From Verrucomicrobiota bacterium (GTDB lineage Bacteria > Verrucomicrobiota > Verrucomicrobiia > Chthoniobacterales > UBA10450): a stretch of DNA of 64,000 nucleotides. Positions within the stretch are counted from its first letter, which is position 1. Each line of letters starts with the position of its first letter. The notes below the pieces were generated by a model. The model saw only the letters and a program-made list of their open reading frames with translations. It was not told the origin of the DNA and did not search any database. Below, piece after piece: positions 9,613 to 19,019 of this stretch. The position numbers and the translations under genes were made by a program. The stretch covers positions 2,903 to 66,902 of the forward strand of contig JBKPQL010000053.1 in assembly GCA_046734045.1 (NCBI GenBank). Reading direction: 5' to 3'.

Positions 9613-9795
9613 GAGTCATTGAAGCGTTGAAGCGTTAAAACGGAAACCCCATTGTCATTCTGAGCGAAGCGAAGAATCTCTGACTATTTCTTCCGACAGC
9701 GGCGCCGTCACAATCAGCGATGTTTCGCTTCGCTCAACATGACAGCACGAGACCGCTTCAACGATCCAACGCTTCAACCATTCAACGCTTGAGCG
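9613..9795. repeat. nested palindromic REP-like element, family F1 (TGTCATTCTGAGCGAAGCGAAGAATCTCTGA type) flanked by TTGAAGCGTT inverted repeats
   Basis: tgtcattctgagcgaagcgaagaatc (9653-9678) faces an inverted copy, gatgtttcgcttcgctcaacatgaca (about 9718-9743). The outer arms are ttgaagcgttgaagcgtt and aacgcttcaaccattcaacgctt. Confidence 0.7.
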
Positions 9796-11214
9796 ATGCC
9801 AACTGAACTCGAGCGCGCTGAGCAAAAGGTCGAAACGCGCAGCGAATCTCTCAAAAAGCCGCTGGGCCTTTTCGATCTCGTTTTAACGCAGATTCTTTTC
9901 GTCGTCGGCTCGAGCTGGGTCGGCGCCGCGGCGAAGCTCGGACAAGCGCACCTTTTCTTTTGGCTCCTCGCCATTTTGCTTTTCTACATTCCGCAGGCCG
10001 CGGTCGTGATTTATTTAAGCAATCGGATCCCACTCGAAGGCGGCATTTATCAATGGGCCAAGCTCGGCTTCAACGAGTTCGCCGGATTTATTGTCGCCTG
10101 GAATCTCTGGCTGCTTTCGATCACGGTTATCGCGCTTGGCGGAATGTTCACGACCACGAACGTCTCGTACGCGATCGGCCCGACTGCCGCGTGGATGCCG
10201 AACAGCAAATGGTGCGTGTCGCTGATCAGCGCAGCATTGGTCGGCGGCCTTGGCTGGACGTGCGTCCGGGGTCTGTCGTTAGGCAAGTGGGTTCACAATG
10301 TTGGCGCATTCGCGATGCTCGCCGTTTACATAGCCCTGATTTTGTTGCCGCTACTGGGCCTCGTGCGCGGGGAATTGAAGAGTTATCAGCCGCTTCAATT
10401 CGCGCTGCCCGCGATGTCGATCTTCTATTGTTTCAATATCTTCAGCAAGCTCGCCGTCGGTGCGCTCAGCGGATTTGAATACGTAGCAATTCTCGCGGGC
10501 GAAACGCGCGCGCCCGCACGTGACATCGGCCGCTCGGTTCTCATCGCTTCGCCGGTGATTGCGCTGATGTTCATTCTCGGCACGAGCTCGGTGCTCGCGT
10601 TCATCGGCGAAAATCCGATCGATCTCATTGGGCCGGTGCCGCAAACCCTGCGGCTTGGGCTACGTTCCTTTCCAATCGCAGGCGCTATCGCGTCGATTGG
10701 AATTTTGTTAATGACCACGCGCTCGATCTCTTCGACTAGTGTTCACCTAACCGGCAGCTCGCGATTGCCAATGGTTGCGGGCTGGGATCGGCTGCTGCCG
10801 AATTGGTTTTCGCGTTTGCATCCGCGATACAAAACACCGGTCAATTCCATCATCTTCGTGGGCGCGACCACACTTCTCATCGCGATCGCCAGCCAGATCG
10901 GCGCCGGAATCCAGGAAGCGTTTCAACTCGTCGATAACGCCGCGAATGTTTTCTACGGCATCGTTTACTTCACGATGTTCGCAATACCGATCTTTGGCGC
11001 CGGCGCGATTCGTTCGGGCGCTCCGATCTGGTTGCGCATTGCGGCGACCTGCGGCGCTGCTGTCTCGCTGTCCGCGATTTTTTTCACCATCTATCCGATC
11101 ATCGATGTGCCAAGCCCGTTAAGCTTCGCCGTGAAGATCATCGCCGTAACTGGAATTGCGAACGCAATCGGCGTCGCAATCTATCTCGTTGGCAAGCGAG
11201 GCCGGCGCGACTAG
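9796..11214 (+). CDS. APC-superfamily amino acid permease
   Basis: The 472-aa product has about 12 TM helices and a typical APC N-terminus (LGLFDLVLTQILFVVGSSWVG). Confidence 0.9.
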   Translation: MPTELERAEQKVETRSESLKKPLGLFDLVLTQILFVVGSSWVGAAAKLGQAHLFFWLLAILLFYIPQAAVVIYLSNRIPLEGGIYQWAKLGFNEFAGFIVAWNLWLLSITVIALGGMFTTTNVSYAIGPTAAWMPNSKWCVSLISAALVGGLGWTCVRGLSLGKWVHNVGAFAMLAVYIALILLPLLGLVRGELKSYQPLQFALPAMSIFYCFNIFSKLAVGALSGFEYVAILAGETRAPARDIGRSVLIASPVIALMFILGTSSVLAFIGENPIDLIGPVPQTLRLGLRSFPIAGAIASIGILLMTTRSISSTSVHLTGSSRLPMVAGWDRLLPNWFSRLHPRYKTPVNSIIFVGATTLLIAIASQIGAGIQEAFQLVDNAANVFYGIVYFTMFAIPIFGAGAIRSGAPIWLRIAATCGAAVSLSAIFFTIYPIIDVPSPLSFAVKIIAVTGIANAIGVAIYLVGKRGRRD

Positions 11215-11531
11215 CCGCAGTTCTCGACAACCCAGCCCAAATATTCGGGCAGCCCGCCTGAAACTGGAACGAAGATGATTTCCGGAACTTCGTAGGGATG
11301 AAGCGATCGAAGCTTATTCTGAAACGCTAATTGTCGATCTTCGCTAAGTTTGAAGAACACGAGTGTTTCATTTCCCGATTCGATTTTATCCTTCCAGCGG
11401 TAAATCGACTCCACGCCAGGCAAAATGTTCGCGCATGCGGCAAACCTCTCGCTCACCAGTTGATTGGAAATCCGTCGCGCAGTTTCGGCATCCGGAAACG
11501 CGCTGAGGGCGAGTAGGGCTTTCTGCTGCAT
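11211..11531 (-). CDS. cutA: divalent-cation tolerance protein CutA
   Basis: Motifs seen: FAACANILPGVESIYRWKDKIE...LVFFK and HPYEVPEI. The longer ORF form (to 11657) would overlap mnmA and was rejected. Confidence 0.85.
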   Translation of the reverse strand: MQQKALLALSAFPDAETARRISNQLVSERFAACANILPGVESIYRWKDKIESGNETLVFFKLSEDRQLAFQNKLRSLHPYEVPEIIFVPVSGGLPEYLGWVVENCG

Positions 11532-11626
11532 AAGAAAGAATTCAACAGAAGGTAACGAAGGTAACCAAGACTCTTTACAGAAGCAGGAACAGATTTCGTT
11601 ATCTTCGTTTTCTTCTGTGTGACTTG

Positions 11627-12901
11627 TTAGGCAGGCACCAATGCTTGTCGCCGGCAAATCCAGCCTCCACCGAGCACGATATCGCCGTTGTAAATCACCG
11701 CTGCTTGTCCAGGCGTCACCGCGCGTTGGGGCTCATGCAACTGAATACGCGCGCGATTATCCTCCAAAGGAAGGATAGTCGCAGGTGTGCCAGGATGGTT
11801 GTAGCGAATCTTCACCGTCGCTTCGAAGGACGACGATCTGGGATCATCCTCGCCAGGCGCCGGTGTTCGTCCGCCTCTCCCTTCGCAAGGGAGAGGGTAG
11901 GGTGAGGGTTGACGGCTTTCACAGTTTCGCGATGGAAAACCCCTCACCTCAGTCCTCTCCCCTTCCGCAAGGGGAGAGGCGGATGCAGTGCCGCGGGCGT
12001 GTGATCCATCGATTCCAGCTATAGGATGCCAATTCGCCCGGTCGATTTCGAATTCATCGGCGACTAAATCGTCAGCATCGCCAACGATCACGCGATTCAT
12101 CTCAGGATCGAGATCAACCACGTAACGCGGCCGCGCTGAACCGCCGGGTAATCCTTTGCGCTGGCCGATCGTGAAAAGCTCGATTCCGCCGTGTTCGGCA
12201 ACGAAGTTTCCATCGACATCATAGATCTCGCCGGGATGAAATTCATTTTCGCCGAGGTGCGAACGCAAAAACGCCTTGTAATCGTTGCCGGGAACAAAAC
12301 AGATTTCCTGGCTGTCCATCTTGTCGGCCACTTTCAGGCCTAACAAGTGCGCGATCTCACGGATTTGCGGTTTCGTCATTCTGCCGAGCGGTGTAATCGC
12401 GCGACGCAATTGGGACTGGCGCAGGCTAAACAAAAAATACGACTGATCTTTGCGTGTATCGGTACCTTTGCGAAGCACTGCGCCGTCAGCGCGGTACTCG
12501 ATGATTGCGTAATGACCGGTGGCGATGTAATCGCAGCCGAGTGCCTTCGCCTTGCTCCAGAGATTACCGAACTTGAGTTTCTCGTTGCACATCACGCACG
12601 GATTCGGTGTGCGGCCCGCATGGTATTCGCTGGAAAAATAATCGATCACCAGTCGCTCGAATTGATCGGATTCATCGACCACATAATGCGGAATGCCAAG
12701 CGTATGCGCCACGCCGCGTGCGTCGGCAACTGCTTGCGGCCCGCAGCATTTGTCCTCCGCGCGGGAGATGCAATCCTGCGGCCAGACCTTCATGGTTACC
12801 CCGACGACTTCGTAGCCCTGCTCGCGCAGCAAATACCCCGCCACGCTGGAGTCCACTCCACCGCTCATACCTAATAGGACGCGCTGTTTCGTTTCGCTCA
12901 T
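11627..12901 (-). CDS. mnmA: tRNA 2-thiouridine(34) synthase MnmA, carrying an about 60-aa in-frame insertion
   Basis: Motifs seen: LLGMSGGVDSSVAGYLL (PP-loop), NPCVMCN, and KIRYNHPG...TPGQAAVIYNGDIVLGGGWI at the C-terminus. Confidence 0.95.
   Translation of the reverse strand: MSETKQRVLLGMSGGVDSSVAGYLLREQGYEVVGVTMKVWPQDCISRAEDKCCGPQAVADARGVAHTLGIPHYVVDESDQFERLVIDYFSSEYHAGRTPNPCVMCNEKLKFGNLWSKAKALGCDYIATGHYAIIEYRADGAVLRKGTDTRKDQSYFLFSLRQSQLRRAITPLGRMTKPQIREIAHLLGLKVADKMDSQEICFVPGNDYKAFLRSHLGENEFHPGEIYDVDGNFVAEHGGIELFTIGQRKGLPGGSARPRYVVDLDPEMNRVIVGDADDLVADEFEIDRANWHPIAGIDGSHARGTASASPLAEGERTEVRGFPSRNCESRQPSPYPLPCEGRGGRTPAPGEDDPRSSSFEATVKIRYNHPGTPATILPLEDNRARIQLHEPQRAVTPGQAAVIYNGDIVLGGGWICRRQALVPA
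11873..11982. repeat. two inverted copies of REP-like element family F2 (CCCTCACC..CCTCTCCCT-N4-AGGGAGAGG) inside mnmA
   Basis: Copy 1 (11873-11909): cgcctctcccttcgcaagggagagggtagggtgagggt. Copy 2 (11940-11982): ccctcacctcagtcctctccccttccgcaaggggagaggcgg. A third copy is intergenic at 27611-27647. Confidence 0.75.
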
Positions 12902-13011
12902 TGGAACGAAGAATTTCGGTCAATGGCGAAACGAGTCAATGTAAGTGGGGGCGGTCCACCGGAACTGCCTGTGCACACCGTCATAGAGTGGGCGATCGAG
13001 GTCAATCGCCT

Positions 13012-13587
13012 CTACCTCGGGACCCGGCTTACGAACGGGCTACCGCGCAAGGTAAATCGCCAAGGCAAATGGGCGGAGCGACTGATGCCAATTCGCTTGT
13101 CCGCCACAACATCGAAAGTTCCTTCCGCGTTGCGGACAAAGCAGTGAAGCGGATCGGCGCATAAATCCATTTCGTGGTGTCGATTGGTGATGCCCAGTGC
13201 TTGCGTGAGTTTCCCTGGGCCTGAACAAAGGTGGTGTAGATCGCTAACGGCGCGGCGTTTCTTCATCAGCTCGACGCCATGCCGTGGTTCAAGCGCACGA
13301 ATCAAAACGAACCCGTCCGCCTGCCCTTTGACGAGTACATTCAACATCCAGTGCACGCCATAGTTGAAATAGACGTAGGCCGCGCCGGCTTTGTTTCGCT
13401 CGATAAAGCTGCACGCGCTGGGGCGTGTGAAAGTATGGGCTGCTTCGTCATTGATCGCCGCATACGCTTCGACCTCGACAACGATCCCGGAGCAATTGCC
13501 CCACACCAATTCCGTGCCGATGAGTTCCCGCGCGCAGAAGAGAGGGTCGTGCTGAAAAAAATGGCGTCGAACAAGTTGCCTCTTCAT
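13012..13587 (-). CDS. DNA-3-methyladenine glycosylase (Mpg/AAG family)
   Basis: Motifs seen: ARELIGTELV, IVEVEAYAAINDEAAHTF, AYVYFNYGVHWMLNV and LIRALEP. Confidence 0.9.
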   Translation of the reverse strand: MKRQLVRRHFFQHDPLFCARELIGTELVWGNCSGIVVEVEAYAAINDEAAHTFTRPSACSFIERNKAGAAYVYFNYGVHWMLNVLVKGQADGFVLIRALEPRHGVELMKKRRAVSDLHHLCSGPGKLTQALGITNRHHEMDLCADPLHCFVRNAEGTFDVVADKRIGISRSAHLPWRFTLRGSPFVSRVPR

Positions 13588-13640
13588 TGGACGCAGTCGC
13601 AGCCTCTACAAACCGCGAGAGCGTGAGTCGGTTACCGGAC

Positions 13641-14402
13641 TCAAAACCCCGCCGCTTTGTAAAACACCGGTAATGTCACGTCGCATGCCACTGGTTTACC
13701 GTCACGAAAGGCGGGAATAAATTTCGCGTTTCTAAAATCTGCCAGAGCGGCATCGCCAAAACCGAGAAAAGGCGGTTCCTCCGAAACGACGTTCATCTCC
13801 TGCAAATTACCAGTGGCATCGATCTTGATCTTGAGCTCGACCATACCATCTACCTGAACCCGCGCTGTTTCCGCCGACGGATAATGGAATCCCGTAAACC
13901 CGGAGCCATTCCCGAAAAAAGGCTGCGGCCCAATAAAGTCGTGTTCTTTCTCAAGCTCGTCGGCTTCCTGATTAGAAAAAATACGCAGCCGCGGTTTCCC
14001 ATTGACGATTCGGAAAGCGACCGTGCCGTAATAAATCGCGTCCACCGGCTGATGGTTATAAATCGCTGGGACAAATCTTGGATTAGATGCAGGCGAGATC
14101 CGTTTCTGCAATTCCTGCTTTAGAAAATCCGAATCTGGCGTGCCCCGATACGTGGCGCTCCACTCCAGCTCGCCAGTTTTTCGAACGGCGCACATGAACA
14201 TGATCAGCGCATCCTTCTGGCCTTTCCTGATCAAGTCCTGTTCGTCGATGCGATTGATCAACGCATTTGGCCCTTGCCCGAGTAACACCGGGCGAAACGT
14301 CGGCTGCGCAGGCGTGTTCCCCGAAGGGGCGACGCTCTCCTGTGACCAGGTAAAGTCGACAATGGACAGCAAAGCAATCAGAGAAAATGCGAACGCCCGC
14401 AT
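13641..14402 (-). CDS. exported protein with TonB-C-like domain(s)
   Basis: Signal peptide MRAFAFSLIALLSIVDFTWS. The C-terminus (VELKIKIDATGNLQEMNVVSEEP...FIPAFRDGKPVACDVTLPVFY) resembles the TonB C-terminal fold. The ORF is open to 14438. Confidence 0.6.
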   Translation of the reverse strand: MRAFAFSLIALLSIVDFTWSQESVAPSGNTPAQPTFRPVLLGQGPNALINRIDEQDLIRKGQKDALIMFMCAVRKTGELEWSATYRGTPDSDFLKQELQKRISPASNPRFVPAIYNHQPVDAIYYGTVAFRIVNGKPRLRIFSNQEADELEKEHDFIGPQPFFGNGSGFTGFHYPSAETARVQVDGMVELKIKIDATGNLQEMNVVSEEPPFLGFGDAALADFRNAKFIPAFRDGKPVACDVTLPVFYKAAGF

Positions 14403-14456
14403 AGGCAAATACGCAAGCGGAGCGCGACAGTTTTTCAAGGGGCAACTAGCGAGGAT

Positions 14457-16085
14457 TTACGCGGCTGCTCCCAACTCTCTGGCGGCGACAACCTTGTGCA
14501 CGATTTTGTGGTGGCGGAAATAATCGATGAGCGCATCGCGTGTTTGCACAGGATGCATTACACAATTCGCTGATGGCGTTTCGAGCAAAGCACGTAGTTT
14601 CATGAAGTGATGGCCGGCGCTGCGCGAGTCGAAACTGTTAAACGCGATCACATATTTTTTGCCGCGTTCGAGCGGACGTCCATCTCGCAATGTCATCGAC
14701 TTAATTTTTCGATCAGAACCGCGGTCTTCTGTATTCACTTTAATGCCTAAGAAATTGCGACGCTCGTGGCTGCCATACACTTCTTCCATCACAGCTTTGA
14801 TTTCATCTGGCGAGAGTTCCGCCGTCACAATGAAGTTTTCGTAGGGAATTACATTCCAAATATCGTTCACCGTTTTCGTCCCCGCGACCAAGTTGGCGTT
14901 TTGATCAAATAGGCCGTGCATGACGCCATCAACCACAACGTTTCGTTCGAGCAATGCTTCCGTGATCGCTGCGCCGATCAGTCTCTCGATGTCGCTCGGT
15001 TGGCCGAACCGGCCACGGGCGTGCAACGTCTCCGCCAACTCGCCGATTGGCTGTGCCAATGCGGCATCCGATTCCGCAAGCTGCGATTTTGCTCGGGAAA
15101 TAACTACGTGATCGAGATGGAAGCGGTTGTCCATCAGTTCGCAGGTCGCTTGACGAGCGAGCAACTTTTTCGAATTCCGATCAAATAAAAGATCAACACG
15201 GCCCGCGTGGATGCCGAAGTGATCCGCCTGCGTGAAGAGCACTCCGTTCGCGAGGCGACTCGGAACTGCCTGGTGTGTATGACCCGCAATAAAGACCGCG
15301 ACGCCTGGAAATTCCGAAGTTAGCGCCATCACACTGTTCGCAAAATCATCGCCGCCGATCCGCGGCTTCAGGCCCATATGGCCCGTCAGCACAATAGCAT
15401 CTGCGCCTTCACTCTTGGCTTGCGCAATCGCACGACGCACAGGCTCAATGGGCTGTTGAAAGCCGATGCCGCGGGTGAATTCTAGCGGAAGCCAAAACGA
15501 CATCCCCGGCGTGGTGACCCCAATGATCGCAAGCTTGATTCCAGCGATCTCCTTCAGAATGAACGGCTGGATTTTTGCCAGCGGATGTTTCGCATCGGGA
15601 AATTCGCCAGCCGGCTTGCCCTCCAACATTGTGTTCGCAGCCAGCACCGGCATCGTCGATCTTTGCAGCGCTTGATGGAATGGCTCGATTCTCCAGTCGA
15701 ATTCGTGGTTGCCGACGACCCACGCGTCGTATTCGAGATGATTGAACAAATCGATCATTAGCTCGCCCTTGTTTCGCAAACTGACCTCCGTGCCTTGATA
15801 AACGTCCCCGACGTCGATCAAAATTGAGTTGGGATTCTCTCGCCGCCAACGTCGAATCTGCGTCACACAACGCGCCAACCCGCCCCGATCGGGATTTCCA
15901 TCGTAATCGGAGGTCGGCAAAATGTGACCATGCAAATCCGTCGTGTGCAGGATCGAGATGCAAACCGCGTCGGAGGCAAGCGCCGGCGCCGCATTCGTCA
16001 GAGTTGGAACCGCGCTGATCAACCCCGCCTGGCCAACGAGCTTCAAAAAATCACGTCGCGTCCAGGATCTATCCGGATGAAACAT
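14457..16085 (-). CDS. bifunctional metallophosphatase/5'-nucleotidase (UshA-like) with Tat-type signal
   Basis: A TRRDFLK twin-arginine leader is present. Metallophosphatase motifs: HTTDLHG, DVGDVYQG, GNHEFD and GHTH. Confidence 0.9.
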   Translation of the reverse strand: MFHPDRSWTRRDFLKLVGQAGLISAVPTLTNAAPALASDAVCISILHTTDLHGHILPTSDYDGNPDRGGLARCVTQIRRWRRENPNSILIDVGDVYQGTEVSLRNKGELMIDLFNHLEYDAWVVGNHEFDWRIEPFHQALQRSTMPVLAANTMLEGKPAGEFPDAKHPLAKIQPFILKEIAGIKLAIIGVTTPGMSFWLPLEFTRGIGFQQPIEPVRRAIAQAKSEGADAIVLTGHMGLKPRIGGDDFANSVMALTSEFPGVAVFIAGHTHQAVPSRLANGVLFTQADHFGIHAGRVDLLFDRNSKKLLARQATCELMDNRFHLDHVVISRAKSQLAESDAALAQPIGELAETLHARGRFGQPSDIERLIGAAITEALLERNVVVDGVMHGLFDQNANLVAGTKTVNDIWNVIPYENFIVTAELSPDEIKAVMEEVYGSHERRNFLGIKVNTEDRGSDRKIKSMTLRDGRPLERGKKYVIAFNSFDSRSAGHHFMKLRALLETPSANCVMHPVQTRDALIDYFRHHKIVHKVVAARELGAAA

Positions 16086-16220
16086 CGTCTAACGTCGCGC
16101 CCGATCGGGATCCTAACTGGCTACCGACTCTATCTCAATGAAAATGCTCGCTCTCGTAATCTTGACCGCATGATTTTTGCAGTGATGATTGCCGCTCAGC
16201 CGAACAAAAACTGATTTGCC

Positions 16221-17606
16221 ATGCTTAATAAAAACTCTCTCGCAGAATTCAAGACAAGCCTCCGAGGCAGACTGATCGAGCCGGGCGATAAAGATTACGA
16301 TGAAGCCCGGAAGGTCTATAACGGAATGATACATAAAAAGCCGCGCCTGATAGTGCGTTGCGCCGATGTGGCAGATGTAATTCGCTCAGTCGATCTTGCG
16401 AGAGAGAATGATCTACTGCTGGCTATCCGCAGCGGCGGACATAACGCGGGAGGCCTAGGAATTTGCGATGATGGCTTGGTGATCGACCTTTCGCCCCTCA
16501 AATACACGCGTGTGGATCCCGCCACTCGTACCGTCACCGTCGGAGGCGGATGCACCTGGGGCGATGTCGATCACGCCACCCATGTGTTCGGGCTCGCTAC
16601 TCCCAGCGGAATTATTTCTACCACTGGTGTTGGTGGATTAACCCTGGGCGGAGGTGTAGGACACCTCACCCGCAAGTGCGGACTCACCATCGACAATCTC
16701 CTTTCGGCCGATGTTGTGTTGGCAAATGGGACATTTGTAAAAGCGAATGCCGAAGAGAACTCCGATCTTTTCTGGGCCATTCGCGGCGGCGGCGGCAATT
16801 TTGGTGTCGTCACTTCTTTTACATTCAAGCTGCATCCGATCGATACAGTCTATGCTGGGCCGATGCTTTATGAATTGAGCGAATCAGCTGACGTAATGAA
16901 ATGGTATCGGAGTCTGATCCCGGCAGCGCCTGATGATTTGAGTGGCTTCTTCGCGTTTCTCACCGTCCCACCTGCTCCGCCTTTCCCTGAACATCTTCAC
17001 ATGAAAAAGATGTGCGGTGTGGTCTGGGCATACGCGGGGCCTCAGGAGAAGGCAGAAGAAACATTCAAGCCAATACGCGCCTTCAAGAAGCCGGCGCTCG
17101 ATTTCGTTGGTCCAATGCCGCAGCCCGCGTTACAAAGCATGTTCGACGCGCTTTATCCTCCGGGCTTGCAGTGGTATTGGCGCGCCGATTTTATAAATGA
17201 ATTGAGCGATGACGCGATCGCGCAGCACATTCGATTTGGTGAAACGCTTCCAACGATGCATTCGACCATGCATATGTATCCAATTAATGGTGCAGCGTCA
17301 CGCGTAGGCAAAAGCGACACGGCCTGGAATTATCGTGATGCCACTTGGGCGCAGGTCATGGTCGGTGTTGATCCCGATCCAGCAAATAACGAAAGGACGA
17401 TTTCGTGGACGAAGAATTATTACGATGCGTTGCACCCCTACTCCGCCGGCGGGGCATACGTAAACTTTTTGATGGGGGATGAAGGAGAAGAGCGCGTGAA
17501 GAAAACATACGCAGACAACTACGACCGACTTGTTGCGATCAAAAATAAATACGACCCTCATAATCTCTTTCGTGTGAATCAAAATGTTAAACCGAGCCGG
17601 AAATAA
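16221..17606 (+). CDS. FAD-binding oxidoreductase (FAD_binding_4 + BBE-like C-terminus)
   Basis: Motifs seen: AIRSGGHNAGG, GGGCTWGDVD, RGGGGNFGVVTSF and YVNF...NYDRLVAIKNKYDPHNLFRVNQN. Confidence 0.9.
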   Translation: MLNKNSLAEFKTSLRGRLIEPGDKDYDEARKVYNGMIHKKPRLIVRCADVADVIRSVDLARENDLLLAIRSGGHNAGGLGICDDGLVIDLSPLKYTRVDPATRTVTVGGGCTWGDVDHATHVFGLATPSGIISTTGVGGLTLGGGVGHLTRKCGLTIDNLLSADVVLANGTFVKANAEENSDLFWAIRGGGGNFGVVTSFTFKLHPIDTVYAGPMLYELSESADVMKWYRSLIPAAPDDLSGFFAFLTVPPAPPFPEHLHMKKMCGVVWAYAGPQEKAEETFKPIRAFKKPALDFVGPMPQPALQSMFDALYPPGLQWYWRADFINELSDDAIAQHIRFGETLPTMHSTMHMYPINGAASRVGKSDTAWNYRDATWAQVMVGVDPDPANNERTISWTKNYYDALHPYSAGGAYVNFLMGDEGEERVKKTYADNYDRLVAIKNKYDPHNLFRVNQNVKPSRK

Positions 17607-17626
17607 TTGGAGACAGCTACAGCTCG

Positions 17627-18139
17627 ATGAATGCTGAAGAATTAAGGTCATTGCAGGCGCCATTAAAAGCGCAATATCGAGAGCATCCCGAGAGCGCGTT
17701 AATCACTCTTCGGGCTGAAGGGCGGGCCGGAGAAAATATCATCTGCAAAATCGAAACGGGAAAAGCACGCGTTGAAGCCGGGCTTCATCCAGCAACTGGC
17801 GGCGATGGTCGCAGCGCTTGTTCAGCGGACATGCTGCTCGAAGCACTCGTGGGATGTGCGGGTGTCACGCTGCGTGCAGTCGCCACTGCTTTGGGGATCC
17901 CCTTGCACGACGCAACAATTCGAGCCGAGGGCGATCTGGACTTTCGCGGGACGCTCGGTGTTTCCAAAGACGTGCCAGTTGGGTTCAAACAGATTCGGTT
18001 GCATTTCGACCTGGACACCGACGCCACGGAAGAACAGCTCGCTACGTTGCTTCGTCTGACCGAGAAATATTGCGTTGTTTACCAGACCCTCAGTCACCCG
18101 CCTGTGATTAGCGTGTTGCGTCATGCGGTTTCGCGGTAA
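17627..18139 (+). CDS. OsmC-family protein
   Basis: Motifs seen: ACSADMLLEALVGCAGVT and TEKYCVVYQTL. Confidence 0.85.
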   Translation: MNAEELRSLQAPLKAQYREHPESALITLRAEGRAGENIICKIETGKARVEAGLHPATGGDGRSACSADMLLEALVGCAGVTLRAVATALGIPLHDATIRAEGDLDFRGTLGVSKDVPVGFKQIRLHFDLDTDATEEQLATLLRLTEKYCVVYQTLSHPPVISVLRHAVSR

Positions 18140-18150
18140 ATTCACCCACT

Positions 18151-18981
18151 ATGCCCTTATACATGGACATTCACGAGGTTCCGGGAGGCGTCAGCGCCGA
18201 GGATGTCGCCAAAGCTCACGCCCAGGATGTTGAAATCGAGGACAAGTACGGCGTTCATTATCACAAATATTGGGTGAACGAAAAGGCTGGGAAGATTTTC
18301 TGCCTTTGCCACGCGCCCAACGCCGAAGCCGCTGTCCAGGTCCATCGCGAGGCGCACGGCATGGTCGCAGACAAGGTCATTGAAATACAGCCCGAGCTCG
18401 CGGAAGGATTTCTTGGCGGCGTCGAAGTGAATGAAGCGGGAGCGGCCTTAGTCCCTGGCGCAACCAATGAAAGAGATCCGGGAATCCGAACGATCCTATT
18501 CACCGATATTGTCGAATCGACGGCATTGACTCAAATGTTGGGCGACGAGGCAGCGATGGCACTGCTCGACTTGCACAACACCATCGTCCGAAACGCCCTC
18601 ACCGATCTCGGTGGCCGCGAAATCAAGCATACTGGCGACGGGATCATGGCGTCGTTTGTCTCGGCAGCGAGCGCGCTGAAATGCGCAACTCGTGTTCAAC
18701 GCGAGCTCGCTGAACACGAGAAAAACCGGAACCGCTCTCTTAAAGTTCGAATCGGGGCTGCGGCGGGCGAGCCGGTCGAGAATCATAACGATCTTTTTGG
18801 ATCGACCGTTCAGCTTGCAGCCAGGCTATGTGGGCATGCAGCGCCAGAGCAAATTTTGGTGTCCAACGCGATTGCCGAACTTTGTCTGGGTAAGGGGTTT
18901 TCGTTTCAAGACGTTGGCGAAGTCGCCCTGAAAGGTTTCGGTCGGCCAGTGCGCGCTCACGCTGTGGAATGGGCGACCTGA
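18151..18981 (+). CDS. DUF4242 (SCO4226-like) domain fused to a class III adenylate/guanylate cyclase domain
   Basis: The N-terminus (MPLYMDIHEVPGGVSAEDVAKAH...KIFCLCHAPNAEAAVQVHREAHG) is DUF4242-like. The C-terminus (RTILFTDIVESTALT...HTGDGIMASF...RIGAAAGEPV) is a cyclase homology domain. Confidence 0.85.
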   Translation: MPLYMDIHEVPGGVSAEDVAKAHAQDVEIEDKYGVHYHKYWVNEKAGKIFCLCHAPNAEAAVQVHREAHGMVADKVIEIQPELAEGFLGGVEVNEAGAALVPGATNERDPGIRTILFTDIVESTALTQMLGDEAAMALLDLHNTIVRNALTDLGGREIKHTGDGIMASFVSAASALKCATRVQRELAEHEKNRNRSLKVRIGAAAGEPVENHNDLFGSTVQLAARLCGHAAPEQILVSNAIAELCLGKGFSFQDVGEVALKGFGRPVRAHAVEWAT

Positions 18982-19019
18982 GCGGTGCCGACAGTAAAGT
19001 TAAGATCCGGCGCTGCCAC

